From Candidatus Limnocylindria bacterium (GTDB lineage Bacteria; Chloroflexota; Limnocylindria; QHBO01): a stretch of 61,908 nt of DNA. Position 1 is the stretch's first letter. The number at the start of each line of letters is the position of its first letter. Positions 8,189 through 18,339 of the stretch are shown here, piece by piece. The position numbers and the translations under genes were made by a program. The stretch covers positions 1 through 61,908 of the forward strand of contig JBHENJ010000029.1 of the NCBI GenBank assembly GCA_046262115.1, read 5' to 3'. The notes beneath the pieces were generated by a model. That model made no database searches. It was not told where the DNA came from and was given only the letters and a program-made list of their open reading frames with translations.

Positions 8189-8696
8189 CGCTCGCTCCTC
8201 GTGCCCGAGTTCCAACCAGTGATTTTCAAGCAGACGGAAGACGCTGCTCAGCCCAAGCCCATTGAACATCTATCAAGAGCGCCAGGCAACAGTAATCGCC
8301 ATCCGATCGGCTGGCAGCGAGCCTCCGGCCAGCGTCACGATCCGAGAGTACGGAGCGGCTCGCGTCGCCGGCCTACGATTCTGCCCATGAGGCTGCGCGA
8401 ACGGCTTGAGATTCGCGCGGGATGCAGGTCTATCCCTCCCGCCGGCGATGAGCGCCGTCGTGATGACCTACCAGACGGTGGTCATTTTTTGGAACGCACC
8501 GATGGGTCACGCCATCGCGGCAGGGCCGCTCGGCTTGCGCTGACCGATTCCGGGATCCGCTTAGCGTGGTGCAAGCCCTCTCGCTGCGCGATGAGGTGAG
8601 CCCGACCCAGCACCTCGTGCGGCGAGTCCATTGGTCGAAACGTCTAAGCAGAAGGCGCTGGTGTTCGGCCTCAGCCAGGTGGAGGTAGGGGATCCA

Positions 8697-9311
8697 TCAG
8701 CCACCCGCTCGAGCAGGAGCCTCGGTCGCTTCCACCGCGTTCGGTGCGTCCGACCCAAGCCCCTTGTCCGCGACGTCCTCCCAGAAGTCCACCGCCGCTC
8801 GCTCGTAGAGCAGGCCCATGGGCAGGGTCACCCCGCGCCAGTGCTCGACCGTCCGCTGCCCACGGCCGGAGACTTCGGGCCGTCGCTCGAGGCGCGCATC
8901 TTCCTCGTAGGCCAACAGCTTGGCCCGATGGATGGCGAGTTGCTGCTCTGCCAGGCGGAGGCGCGCCGCGGGCGGTGCCAGATCGGCGAAGAAGAGCTGC
9001 AGGAGCCCCAGGTCGCGTAGTTGGGTGGGCTCAGCGTGTGGCCGGTCGAGCCAGGCCGCCAGGGCGTGGCGCCCGGCCTCAGTGATCGTGAACACACGGC
9101 GACGTCGACCGTCCCGGTCGCGGGTTTCGGTGACCAGCCCCAGGCCGGCCAGCCGCGCCGGCTCGCTGTACAGGAGCGTGTGCGGGAAGGACCAGAAGTT
9201 GCCGAGCGTGGCGGCGACGTGGCGCTCAAGCTCGTACGGCGTCGACGGCCCCTCGCGCCCGAGCAAGCCCAGGACCAGGTATGAAGTGGCGCTCAGTCGT
9301 GCGCTTGACAT
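8697..9311 (-). CDS. PadR-family transcriptional regulator
   Basis: ORF 8697..9968 trimmed to MSSARLSATSYLVLGLLGREGPSTPYELERHVAATLGNFWSFPHTLLYSEPARLAGLGLV. The upstream extension is antisense to the neighbouring gene. Confidence 0.8.
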   Translation of the reverse strand: MSSARLSATSYLVLGLLGREGPSTPYELERHVAATLGNFWSFPHTLLYSEPARLAGLGLVTETRDRDGRRRRVFTITEAGRHALAAWLDRPHAEPTQLRDLGLLQLFFADLAPPAARLRLAEQQLAIHRAKLLAYEEDARLERRPEVSGRGQRTVEHWRGVTLPMGLLYERAAVDFWEDVADKGLGSDAPNAVEATEAPARAGG

Positions 9312-9461
9312 GATGCGCAGCGTACCATACACTCTGAACGGTCGGCGCCCGCCACAACCCCGGGCTAGTTTGCCGGGGGTTACACACCAGTCGGGCGACC
9401 AAGGCGTCGCCAGCTGGACCCCCGTCACGGCAGCGCCGACGGCAGCGAAAGGTGATCTCAT

Positions 9462-9911
9462 ATGGGCACTGACATGAAGATGATGGCGCGTCGCTTCTCC
9501 GACGAGCTCTGGGCGCAGGGCGGCCAGGCCGTCGTCGACGACTTGTTCACCAACGACTTCCGGAACCACAGCCCTGGTCAGGAGGCGTTCGGGATCAGCC
9601 CGGACAAGGAAGGCTACAAGAAGCTCATTGGGATGTTTGTGACCGCCTTCCCAGATCTGAGCACCAGGACGGAGGATGTCATCACGGAAGGCGACAAGGT
9701 CGTCTTGCGTTGGACTGGAAGCGGGACGCATCAGGCGGACTTCGCCGGCATCCCCGCCAGCGGGAAGCGGATCACGCTCGGCGGCACGACCATCCTTCGG
9801 ATCGCCGACGGCAAGATCACCGAAGAGTGGTCGTATGGCGACCAGCTCGGTCTGATGGTCCAGCTCGGTGCGGTCCAGCTGCCAGCCCAGCCGGTCGGCG
9901 CCTATCGCTAG
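9462..9911 (+). CDS. SnoaL-like ester cyclase family protein
   Basis: ORF 9462..9911: LFTNDFRNHSP...YKKLIGMFVTAFPDLSTRTEDVITEGDKVVLRWTGSGTHQADFAGIPASGKRITLGGTTILRIADGKITEEW. Divergent from padR. Confidence 0.75.
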   Translation: MGTDMKMMARRFSDELWAQGGQAVVDDLFTNDFRNHSPGQEAFGISPDKEGYKKLIGMFVTAFPDLSTRTEDVITEGDKVVLRWTGSGTHQADFAGIPASGKRITLGGTTILRIADGKITEEWSYGDQLGLMVQLGAVQLPAQPVGAYR

Positions 9912-10352
9912 GAGCCAATCCGCCCGGGACCCTCTGAACGAGCACAGCCAAGCCGTAAGCGGCATCATCGATCGGTGGGTTCCGGGCTAACGGGTCCCGG
10001 AATTGTCGCTCGGGATTCTTGACGCTGCTGTCATGGTGGGCGCAAGTCCGGGGCGGCGTCTTGATATCTCGCTTTGCCGGCTGCGGTCTGGCAGGGTGCG
10101 AGCGAGGCCAAGGGGGCGCGCATTCAACAGATGCCAGACGCGTCTAGTGACGCGCCAGGTCCCAGCCCCAGATCCTGCGCTCTGGCTCGGGCGATCACCC
10201 GCACCGGCGCGGAAACCAACTCTTGCACCCGCACAACCACCGGGGTCCCGCTGACGTCCTGAAATGCATGGACCTCCAGCGATCCAACCTGCTATGGCTC
10301 CGGGCCGAGAGCAGTTGAGGCAGCTCTGCGCAAAAGTTGCAGGAGGTTCGTC

Positions 10353-10478
10353 GTGAGCAGATTTGCAGCCTGTGTAGCGATCATTGCCTCAGTCCTGGTC
10401 GCCAGTCGGACACTCGGAGCGGTCGGTGGCGACGGCACCATTCGGCCTCTCCGTTCTCGCGACTTATCTGCTGCATGA
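10353..10478 (+). CDS. Candidate 41-aa small ORF with a hydrophobic signal-like N-terminus
   Basis: AGGAGG at 10341-10346, 6 nt before the GTG at 10353. Translation: MSRFAACVAIIASVLVASRTLGAVGGDGTIRPLRSRDLSAA*. Too short for the ORF track. Confidence 0.3.
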   Translation: MSRFAACVAIIASVLVASRTLGAVGGDGTIRPLRSRDLSAA

Positions 10479-10548
10479 GCGTTGTCCCGACGAAGTTGCC
10501 GGAGTTTTCGACTGTAGGTATCCTCGAAGGGTGTTCATTCGATAGGCC

Positions 10549-10612
10549 CCTTGTCGATCTGAGCACGAAACCGATGGCGGAGTAGCTCAGTGGCAGAGCA
10601 GGGGACTCAAAG
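10549..10612 (+). repeat. Copy 2 of [upstream flank + 5' half of tRNA(CAU)], anticodon destroyed
   Basis: CCTTGTCGATCTGAGCACGA at 10549-10568 is identical to 12651-12670. 10576-10612 equals the tRNA 5' half apart from a 1-nt deletion (CTCA-AAG instead of CTCATAAG). Confidence 0.8.
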
Positions 10613-10772
10613 TCTCTGAACGCAAGCGCTGTGCTACGAGCGTGGGAACGCGAGCGTAACTGCCAAAGTTATCGACTGTAACTTCGGCCACCTTGAGCGC
10701 TGTGCTACCGGTCAGTTCACGCTGGGTACGGGCGAGCGTCGAGTGTTCAGTTATCGGCTGAAGGCCGTAACC
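10613..10772 (+). repeat. Conserved ~160-nt module, copy 2
   Basis: Collinear with 5962-6120. The 5' 99 nt are near-identical. The 3' part has diverged but keeps TTCACGCT...AGCGT and GTTATCGGCTGAAGGCCGTAAC. The module ends ...CCGTAA, followed by CCCTT, which is the tRNA anticodon-stem 3' strand. Confidence 0.7.
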
Positions 10773-10975
10773 CTTCTACCGTCTACCCGTCAGCCGCATG
10801 CGGGTTGCGGCCGCGGGGCCGGTGGCGGTGACAGAGGGCAACATCTTGACCAACCGTCTGCACGGGAGTACACCAAACCCCTACGCGTGACGCGAGCCGG
10901 CCGCGTCACTGCCCAAGGCCGGCCCCTCCGCCACGATCCAGGCCAGTGCCCGTGCTGGATAGAGGAGGTGTGCGC

Positions 10976-11497
10976 ATGGTGAAACCGCGTCCGGGCCGTC
11001 TGGCCCTCGCCGTCCCGTTGGCGCTTGCAGCGATGCTGGTACTGGCGGCGATGCCTGTCGTCGCTGCTCCAGCCCCGGCCGTCCGGGGCGGGGGTGTCGT
11101 CGACGGGCCGTTGGGTGTCACGTCGCAGCTCGGGTTTAGCGCATCGAGCACGGGAGGCAGCTTCCTTTGCGTCATGGCCGGCCGATCGGGTGGCTTCCCA
11201 TTCGGCGACTGGGACAAGATCCTACAGATGCAGGTGCAGGGTCGGGTCACGCCTGGCACGCTCGAGATCGACGGCTCCTGGTCGCGCTTCGAGGGAATCG
11301 CCAAGATCCATGTGGTTGGCGTCGCGGGTGGAGAGGTGGTCACCGCGAGAATGCACGACATCCGCTTCATATCCACTCAGGGAGCCGGTGGTGCTGGCGT
11401 GGCCTGGCACATCCTCGAAATTCCGGATCTCGGCCTCAGCTTTGGGGCGCCCGATGGCGCACTCATGAAGTCCGGGAAAATCACGATTTGGGAGTAG
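10976..11497 (+). CDS. Secreted protein of unknown function
   Basis: ORF 10946..11497 trimmed to MVKPRPGRLALAVPLALAAMLVLAAMPVVAAPAPA (signal peptide). GGAGG lies 8 nt upstream of the ATG at 10976. Confidence 0.6.
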   Translation: MVKPRPGRLALAVPLALAAMLVLAAMPVVAAPAPAVRGGGVVDGPLGVTSQLGFSASSTGGSFLCVMAGRSGGFPFGDWDKILQMQVQGRVTPGTLEIDGSWSRFEGIAKIHVVGVAGGEVVTARMHDIRFISTQGAGGAGVAWHILEIPDLGLSFGAPDGALMKSGKITIWE

Positions 11498-11693
11498 GGA
11501 GCATCCGGCTCCACTTGGAGGGACCGCCACATGGTCTCGAGACGATGAAGACCGGCCGTACCACGATGTGGCCCAGCGGACAGATTCGTATCCGACCCTA
11601 ACGTCACGCGAGATCACCCAGAGCGCTTGGGCACGTGAAGCGAGCCCGGCGAATTGGGCCACCATAGCTAAGCGATCAAGGAAGGAAGAACCG

Positions 11694-12287
11694 ATGAAAC
11701 GGAAGCGAGGCGCATTCCCGGCAGTCCTAAGCACGCTGATCGCGCTGGTCATTTCGGGGCTAGCGGTCGGCGTCGTCGGCGGCGCCGACAACCACCTGAT
11801 GCGTTGGGACATCGTCAGCATCGACTTCGCCGCGGGCACGATCGATGAAGGCGGGATGGCATCGGCGGTCGCCGCCGACGGATCGATGATCACCCTGACA
11901 GGCTCCGGCACGTTCCGCGCGAACCCTGGGACCCCGCAGGCGGTGACCGGCGGGGGAACGTGGTCAACCTCTGGACCCGCGGGTACCGGAGGCGGCACAT
12001 ATTGGGTGACCGGCTTCGTGGACTGGCACCTGGCACCCGGAGTCGCTCCGCCGTTGACGAACCTCTTCGCCGATTCCGCCGATGCACGGGCGGGCCTTCT
12101 GGTCCTGCGCATCGCATACTCGGACGGGAGCGACGGCGTGCTCGTCGTCAGCTGCCACCTGGTGGAGACACCGGACTCCGTCTTCGAGGGGATCACCGCC
12201 TCGAAGGGCTTCGTGGACTACTTCAACGCGGTCCCGCCAGCACCCGGCGTGGATGCGAACCGGACGCTGTTCCTGGTGGTCAAGTAG
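11694..12287 (+). CDS. Secreted or membrane-anchored protein of unknown function (paralog of pseudogene 3162..3722)
   Basis: ORF 11568..12287 trimmed to MKRKRGAFPAVLSTLIALVISGLAVGVVGG. A GGAAGGAAG Shine-Dalgarno sequence precedes it. It shares the ITLTGSGTF...VTGGGTW pattern with 3162..3722. Confidence 0.6.
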   Translation: MKRKRGAFPAVLSTLIALVISGLAVGVVGGADNHLMRWDIVSIDFAAGTIDEGGMASAVAADGSMITLTGSGTFRANPGTPQAVTGGGTWSTSGPAGTGGGTYWVTGFVDWHLAPGVAPPLTNLFADSADARAGLLVLRIAYSDGSDGVLVVSCHLVETPDSVFEGITASKGFVDYFNAVPPAPGVDANRTLFLVVK

Positions 12288-12677
12288 TCGGGTCTCCTAC
12301 GCGGCGGGGCCGGCCAGCGCCGGCGCCGCCGCACTCTGGGCTGACGGGATCAGGATACACGTTCGCCGCCTGCCTCCCAGGGGACCGCGCGATCAGCACG
12401 CCTTTCGTGACCGTCCGGCAGATCCGCGACAGGGAAGATACGGCAGAGCGGAACCAGAACGACCAATGTTGGACCCCTCTTGGCCAATTCGAACGCTGTG
12501 CTCGGGCCACGCACGCTCGATTTGTGATCAAGACATGCCACTTCATAGTTTCCTAGTCGATTAACCGTTTGACCCTCACACGATCGCATCGGTATCCTTC
12601 TGGTCGATGAGCGTTGTGGTACGTAGTTCGCGCTCATCGCTGCTCAGTTTCCTTGTCGATCTGAGCACGATTCGTGT

Positions 12678-12752
12678 GGCGGAGTAGCTCAGTGGCAGAG
12701 CAGGGGACTCATAAGCCCTTGGTCGGTGGTTCGAATCCGCCCTCCGCTACCA
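12678..12752 (+). tRNA. tRNA with CAU anticodon (elongator Met or lysidine-dependent Ile2), CCA encoded
   Basis: GGCGGAG-TA-GCTC-AGTGGCA-GAGC-A-GGGGA-CTCATAA-GCCCT-TGGTC-GGTGG-TTCGAAT-CCGCC-CTCCGCT-A-CCA. The cloverleaf folds with G1.U72 and G27.U43 wobbles and an A31.G39 mismatch. C11:G24 argues against an initiator tRNA. Confidence 0.9.
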
Positions 12753-12754
12753 AT

Positions 12755-13723
12755 CCCTCCCTTCTCGAGCTCGCGCGCGCACTCGCCGAAGGCGCCGATG
12801 CGGGTCGCCTCATCCCGGACCGATCCGACGTCGTCCTCGCGGTGTCCGGCGGCCCGGACTCCATGGCGCTGCTCGAGGGAGCAGCCCGCCTCGCGCGCGA
12901 TCGAGAGTGGTGCCTGGTGGTCGCTCATCTCGACCACCGGCTGAGGCCTGGCTCCGGCGCGGACGCGGAATTCGTTCGCGCGACGGCGGAGGCGCGGGGA
13001 CTGCGCTTCGAGGGAACGGCCGCGGATGTCGCCGCGCTGGCGAGGACGGCGCGGCGGTCAATCGAGGAGGCGGGACGCGACGCGCGCTACGCGTTCCTCG
13101 AGGGCGTGGCCAGCACGATTGGTCCCCACGCGCTGATCGCGACCGCCCACACCGCAGACGACAGTGCCGAGACGATCCTGCTGAACATCGCGCGGGGCAC
13201 GGGAGTCTCGGGTCTTTCCGGGATCCCCGTTCGGCGCGGTCGCATCGTCAGGCCACTGCTCGGCGCCCGTCGCGCGACGCTGCGCGGCTGGCTGGTCGAC
13301 GCCGGGATCGCTTTCCGGACCGACGAGACCAACCTCGACATGCGTTATGCCCGGGCGCGGGTCCGGCACGAGGTGGTTCCAGCGCTCGAGCGGCTGAACC
13401 CCGGCGTCGTCGAGGCGCTCCTGCGCCTGGGCCGGCTGGCAGCGGACGACGACCGGCTGCTCGACGACCTCGCCTCGACTGAGCTTGCGCGCCGGCGTCT
13501 CGAGGAGGGCGACGGCGGCGCACGCATCGACTGGCACGAGCCGCTCCCACGAGCCCTCGGCCGCAGGGTGCTTCGCCTCGCGCTGGGCGTGCGGCCGCCG
13601 ATGGAGCGTATCGACGCGATCCTCAACGCCGCGGAGGGCGTGCGCGGCGGCGTTTCGATCGAGGTCGGCTCCGGAACGACGGCATCGGTGAGCGGACGGG
13701 TCATCACCATCGACGGCAACTGA
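12755..13723 (+). CDS. tilS: tRNA(Ile)-lysidine synthase; start codon unresolved
   Basis: ORF 12674..13723: VVLAVSGGPDSMALL PP-loop, HLDHRLRP, TAHTADD. No in-frame ATG/GTG/TTG occurs between the tRNA end (12752) and the GTG at 12842. The only upstream start (GTG 12674) reads through the whole tRNA. Confidence 0.8.
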   Translation, partial: PSLLELARALAEGADAGRLIPDRSDVVLAVSGGPDSMALLEGAARLARDREWCLVVAHLDHRLRPGSGADAEFVRATAEARGLRFEGTAADVAALARTARRSIEEAGRDARYAFLEGVASTIGPHALIATAHTADDSAETILLNIARGTGVSGLSGIPVRRGRIVRPLLGARRATLRGWLVDAGIAFRTDETNLDMRYARARVRHEVVPALERLNPGVVEALLRLGRLAADDDRLLDDLASTELARRRLEEGDGGARIDWHEPLPRALGRRVLRLALGVRPPMERIDAILNAAEGVRGGVSIEVGSGTTASVSGRVITIDGN

Positions 13724-13795
13724 TCCAAGCGGTCCGCGCGGGAGTACTACCTGGTGAGGTCATCGGTCGCGTCGGAGCCGCCCGGCGGCGGCGTC

Positions 13796-13801
13796 TATAC
13801 T
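13796..13801 (+). promoter_or_regulatory. Candidate -10 element TATACT within the shared motif GTCTATACT
   Basis: gcGTCTATACTgcgg lies 22 nt before the annotated ftsH start. The same 9-mer occurs at 28849-28857 and 59900-59908. Confidence 0.35.
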
Positions 13802-13823
13802 GCGGGGCGACCGACACCCACAC

Positions 13824-15803
<1,980 letters not shown>

Positions 15804-15853
15804 CACTTTCGGGCCATACCGGCGGCGGCGCACAGCCGCCTATCCTCGCCCGC

Positions 15854-17002
15854 GTGACGGTCAGTCAGACCCCGCTGGGTGATGCAAGCCACGGGGCGCA
15901 TACCGACATCGACGACGACGCCGCCCAACCCGCGCGGGCGGACGAGCACGCGACGGACGATGGCTGGGCGCAGGACGCGTCGGACACGCGACTTCCCGCA
16001 CGCTCGGCGCTGGAGGTCCTGACCAGCCTCAACGAGCGGATGGCGTCGGGCAAGATCGAGGAGTCGCGGCCGATCGCGACCGGATTCGTCCCGCTCGATA
16101 AGGCCGTCGGCGGCGGGATGCGGCCCGGCGAGCTGATCATGCTCGGCGGCGGACAGGGCGTCGGGAAGACGACGCTCGCCCTCCAGATGGCGCGGAACAT
16201 CGCGGCATCGGGCCAGGCGAACGCGCTCTACGTGTGCTTCGAACACGAGGAGGAGTACCTAATCCAGCGCCTGATCGGCATGGAGTCAGCACTCGCGAAC
16301 CTGCCCGACAAGACCGGCGGAGTGAAGATCCAGGACGTCAAGAAGGAGGTCCTGGGTAGCTTCACGACTTCTGCGGAGCAGGGGACGCGGGCCAAGCTCG
16401 GTTCGAACGAGCGGCTCCGGCCGAGCCTCGAGCGGATTGCGCGCTACGGCACGAGCCTGTTCCTGATGCGCGGCACGGCGACCGGCAGCACGATCGACAA
16501 CCTTCGGCGCCTGGTCGCCGAGCAGCGCGGCGAGGACCGCCATCGGCTCGTCCTCTTCGTCGACTACCTCCAGAAGGTGCCGGTGATCCCGGAGCCCGCC
16601 GAGGAGTCGGAGAAGGTCACGCGGATCGTCAGCGGGCTGAAGGACATCGCGCTGTCCATGGAGGTGCCGATCGTCGCCGTCGTGGCTGCCGATCGCGAAG
16701 GGCTGAAGGCCAACCGTCTGCGCAGCCACCACCTCCGCGGCAGCAGCGCGATCCACTATGAATCGGACGTCATCCTGATCCTGAACGACAAGTACAACAT
16801 CGTCGCCAAGGTCAACATCGAGTTCAATCCGTACCAGGCCCAGCGGTATCGCGACTGGGTCGTCGTGACCGTCGAGAAGAACCGCGGCGGTCGCGACCAC
16901 CTCGAGCTCGAGTACGAGAAGCTATTCGAATACGGATGCTTCGACCCGAACGGTCGCGTGACGGCGGAGAAGCTCATCGAGGAGCGTCTCTACACCGACT
17001 GA
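15854..17002 (+). CDS. DnaB-C-terminal-like (RecA/KaiC-fold) P-loop ATPase with an acidic N-terminal tail
   Basis: ORF 15854..17002: TGFVPLDKAVGGGMRPGELIMLGGGQGVGKTTLALQMA (Walker A), LVLFVDYLQKV (Walker B), RGSSAIHYESD. No DnaB N-terminal domain is present. Confidence 0.6.
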   Translation: MTVSQTPLGDASHGAHTDIDDDAAQPARADEHATDDGWAQDASDTRLPARSALEVLTSLNERMASGKIEESRPIATGFVPLDKAVGGGMRPGELIMLGGGQGVGKTTLALQMARNIAASGQANALYVCFEHEEEYLIQRLIGMESALANLPDKTGGVKIQDVKKEVLGSFTTSAEQGTRAKLGSNERLRPSLERIARYGTSLFLMRGTATGSTIDNLRRLVAEQRGEDRHRLVLFVDYLQKVPVIPEPAEESEKVTRIVSGLKDIALSMEVPIVAVVAADREGLKANRLRSHHLRGSSAIHYESDVILILNDKYNIVAKVNIEFNPYQAQRYRDWVVVTVEKNRGGRDHLELEYEKLFEYGCFDPNGRVTAEKLIEERLYTD

Positions 17003-17047
17003 TCCGCGCCCGCGTTCGTCGGTGCGCCTGCGGTAGGCTGTAGCGGC

Positions 17048-17773
17048 ATGCCGCTGCGGGCCGTCTTCCTCGACATCGGCGACACGATCATGCGCCCGGA
17101 CCCCTCGTGGGAGCACGTCTACGAGAAGGCGTTCGCCGAGCATGGTGTCGACGTCACGGCGGAGCAGTTGCACGACGCGCTGCGGACCGTCTACCAGAGC
17201 GGCGGCTACGGGTTCGAGGGCCGCTTCGACGCGACCGAGGAGAACAGCTACCGTCGCAGCGTAGAGCTCGACCAGCGGGCGATCAGTGCGCTGGGCCTGG
17301 AGCCCATGCCGGAAGCGTTCTTCCGCAGGGTCGCCGAGCTCTTCATGGTCACCAGCCACTGGCACGTCTTCCCCGATGTCTACGACGCACTCGACGCCCT
17401 CAAGGAGCGGCGGCTCACTCTCGGCGTGGTCAGCAACTGGGTCTGGACGCTCCCCGAGCTGCTTCACGCGCTCGACCTCGTGTCCCGCTTCGACTTCGTC
17501 GTGGCGAGCTCGCGGGTCGGATACGAGAAGCCGCATGCCGGGATCTTCCGGCATGCGCTCGACCTCGCAGGCGCAGCACCGGACGAGGCGCTGCACGTGG
17601 GCGACAACCTCAGCGCCGATGTCCAGGGCGCGCTGGGCGCTGGCATCCAGCCGGTGCTGATCGATCGGCGCGGGCGCGTCGACGAGCCACCCGACGGCGT
17701 GCCGCTCATCCGATCGCTCGACGAGCTGGTGCCCCTGGTGGACGCGCGGCTCGGGACGCTTGCGGCCTCGTGA
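17048..17773 (+). CDS. HAD-superfamily hydrolase
   Basis: ORF 17048..17773: VFLDIGDTIM (motif I-like), GVVSNW, YEKPHAGIF, HVGDNLSADVQGA. Confidence 0.75.
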   Translation: MPLRAVFLDIGDTIMRPDPSWEHVYEKAFAEHGVDVTAEQLHDALRTVYQSGGYGFEGRFDATEENSYRRSVELDQRAISALGLEPMPEAFFRRVAELFMVTSHWHVFPDVYDALDALKERRLTLGVVSNWVWTLPELLHALDLVSRFDFVVASSRVGYEKPHAGIFRHALDLAGAAPDEALHVGDNLSADVQGALGAGIQPVLIDRRGRVDEPPDGVPLIRSLDELVPLVDARLGTLAAS

Positions 17774-18339
17774 CCGAGGCCGCGGATGAGCGCGCCTGGC
17801 GCTGCTTCGTCGGCGTCCCGATCGACGACGACCTGCGGGTCGCGCTGTCGACGTGCGTCGGCGCGTGGCGAACCGAGATCGACGCGCGCTGGACGGATCC
17901 TGCCGGCTGGCACTGCAGCCTGCACTTCATCGGTAAGCTCGAGCGTGGCCGCGTTGAGCGAGTGAGCGCCGCCGTCCGCGAGGCGGTGCGCGGGCAGCCG
18001 CGATTCACGACGCGAACCGGAGGCGTGAGCGCATTCCCGTCGCCCGCGCGGGCGCGCGTCCTCTACTACGGCGTGGCCGACCCGGAAGGCGCGCTCTCGC
18101 GGCTCGCCCGCACCGTATCCGCGGCGGCGGGCGACGTCGGTGGCGACGACGTGGCATCGTTCCGCGGTCACGTCACGCTGGCACGTCTGCGCCGCCCGCA
18201 GCGGCTCGACGAGTGGATCGCATCACGCCAGCCGCCGGTGGGGCATCTCGACGTATCGGAGGCATGCCTGATGCGCAGCCATCTCGGGCCCGGACCCGCG
18301 CGATACGAGCGCGTCGCATGCTTCCGGCTCGCCGCGTAG
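17770..18339 (+). CDS. thpR: 2H phosphoesterase (RNA 2',3'-cyclic phosphodiesterase ThpR/LigT family)
   Basis: Tail of ORF 17107..18339 from the GTG at 17770 (GTGA overlap with the HAD stop). Two H-x-T/S-x motifs: HCSLHF and HVTLAR. Confidence 0.7.
   Translation: MTEAADERAWRCFVGVPIDDDLRVALSTCVGAWRTEIDARWTDPAGWHCSLHFIGKLERGRVERVSAAVREAVRGQPRFTTRTGGVSAFPSPARARVLYYGVADPEGALSRLARTVSAAAGDVGGDDVASFRGHVTLARLRRPQRLDEWIASRQPPVGHLDVSEACLMRSHLGPGPARYERVACFRLAA

Larger units (their letters stand above)
1..12677. mobile_element. Degraded genomic island / tandem remnants of tRNA-targeting integrative elements
   Basis: Two integrase fragments (1-323, 5574-5858). Three repeats of flank + tRNA(CAU) 5' half (5889-5961, 10549-10612, 12651-12715). 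Conserved module after each orphan half. Most cargo genes are frameshifted or truncated, whereas the 49 kb to the right has only one frameshifted gene. Confidence 0.45.

Noticed and set aside
9312-9968. N-terminal 219 aa of ORF 8697..9968
   Set aside because: This part is antisense to the SnoaL-like gene at 9462..9911. PadR homology starts at the ATG at 9311.
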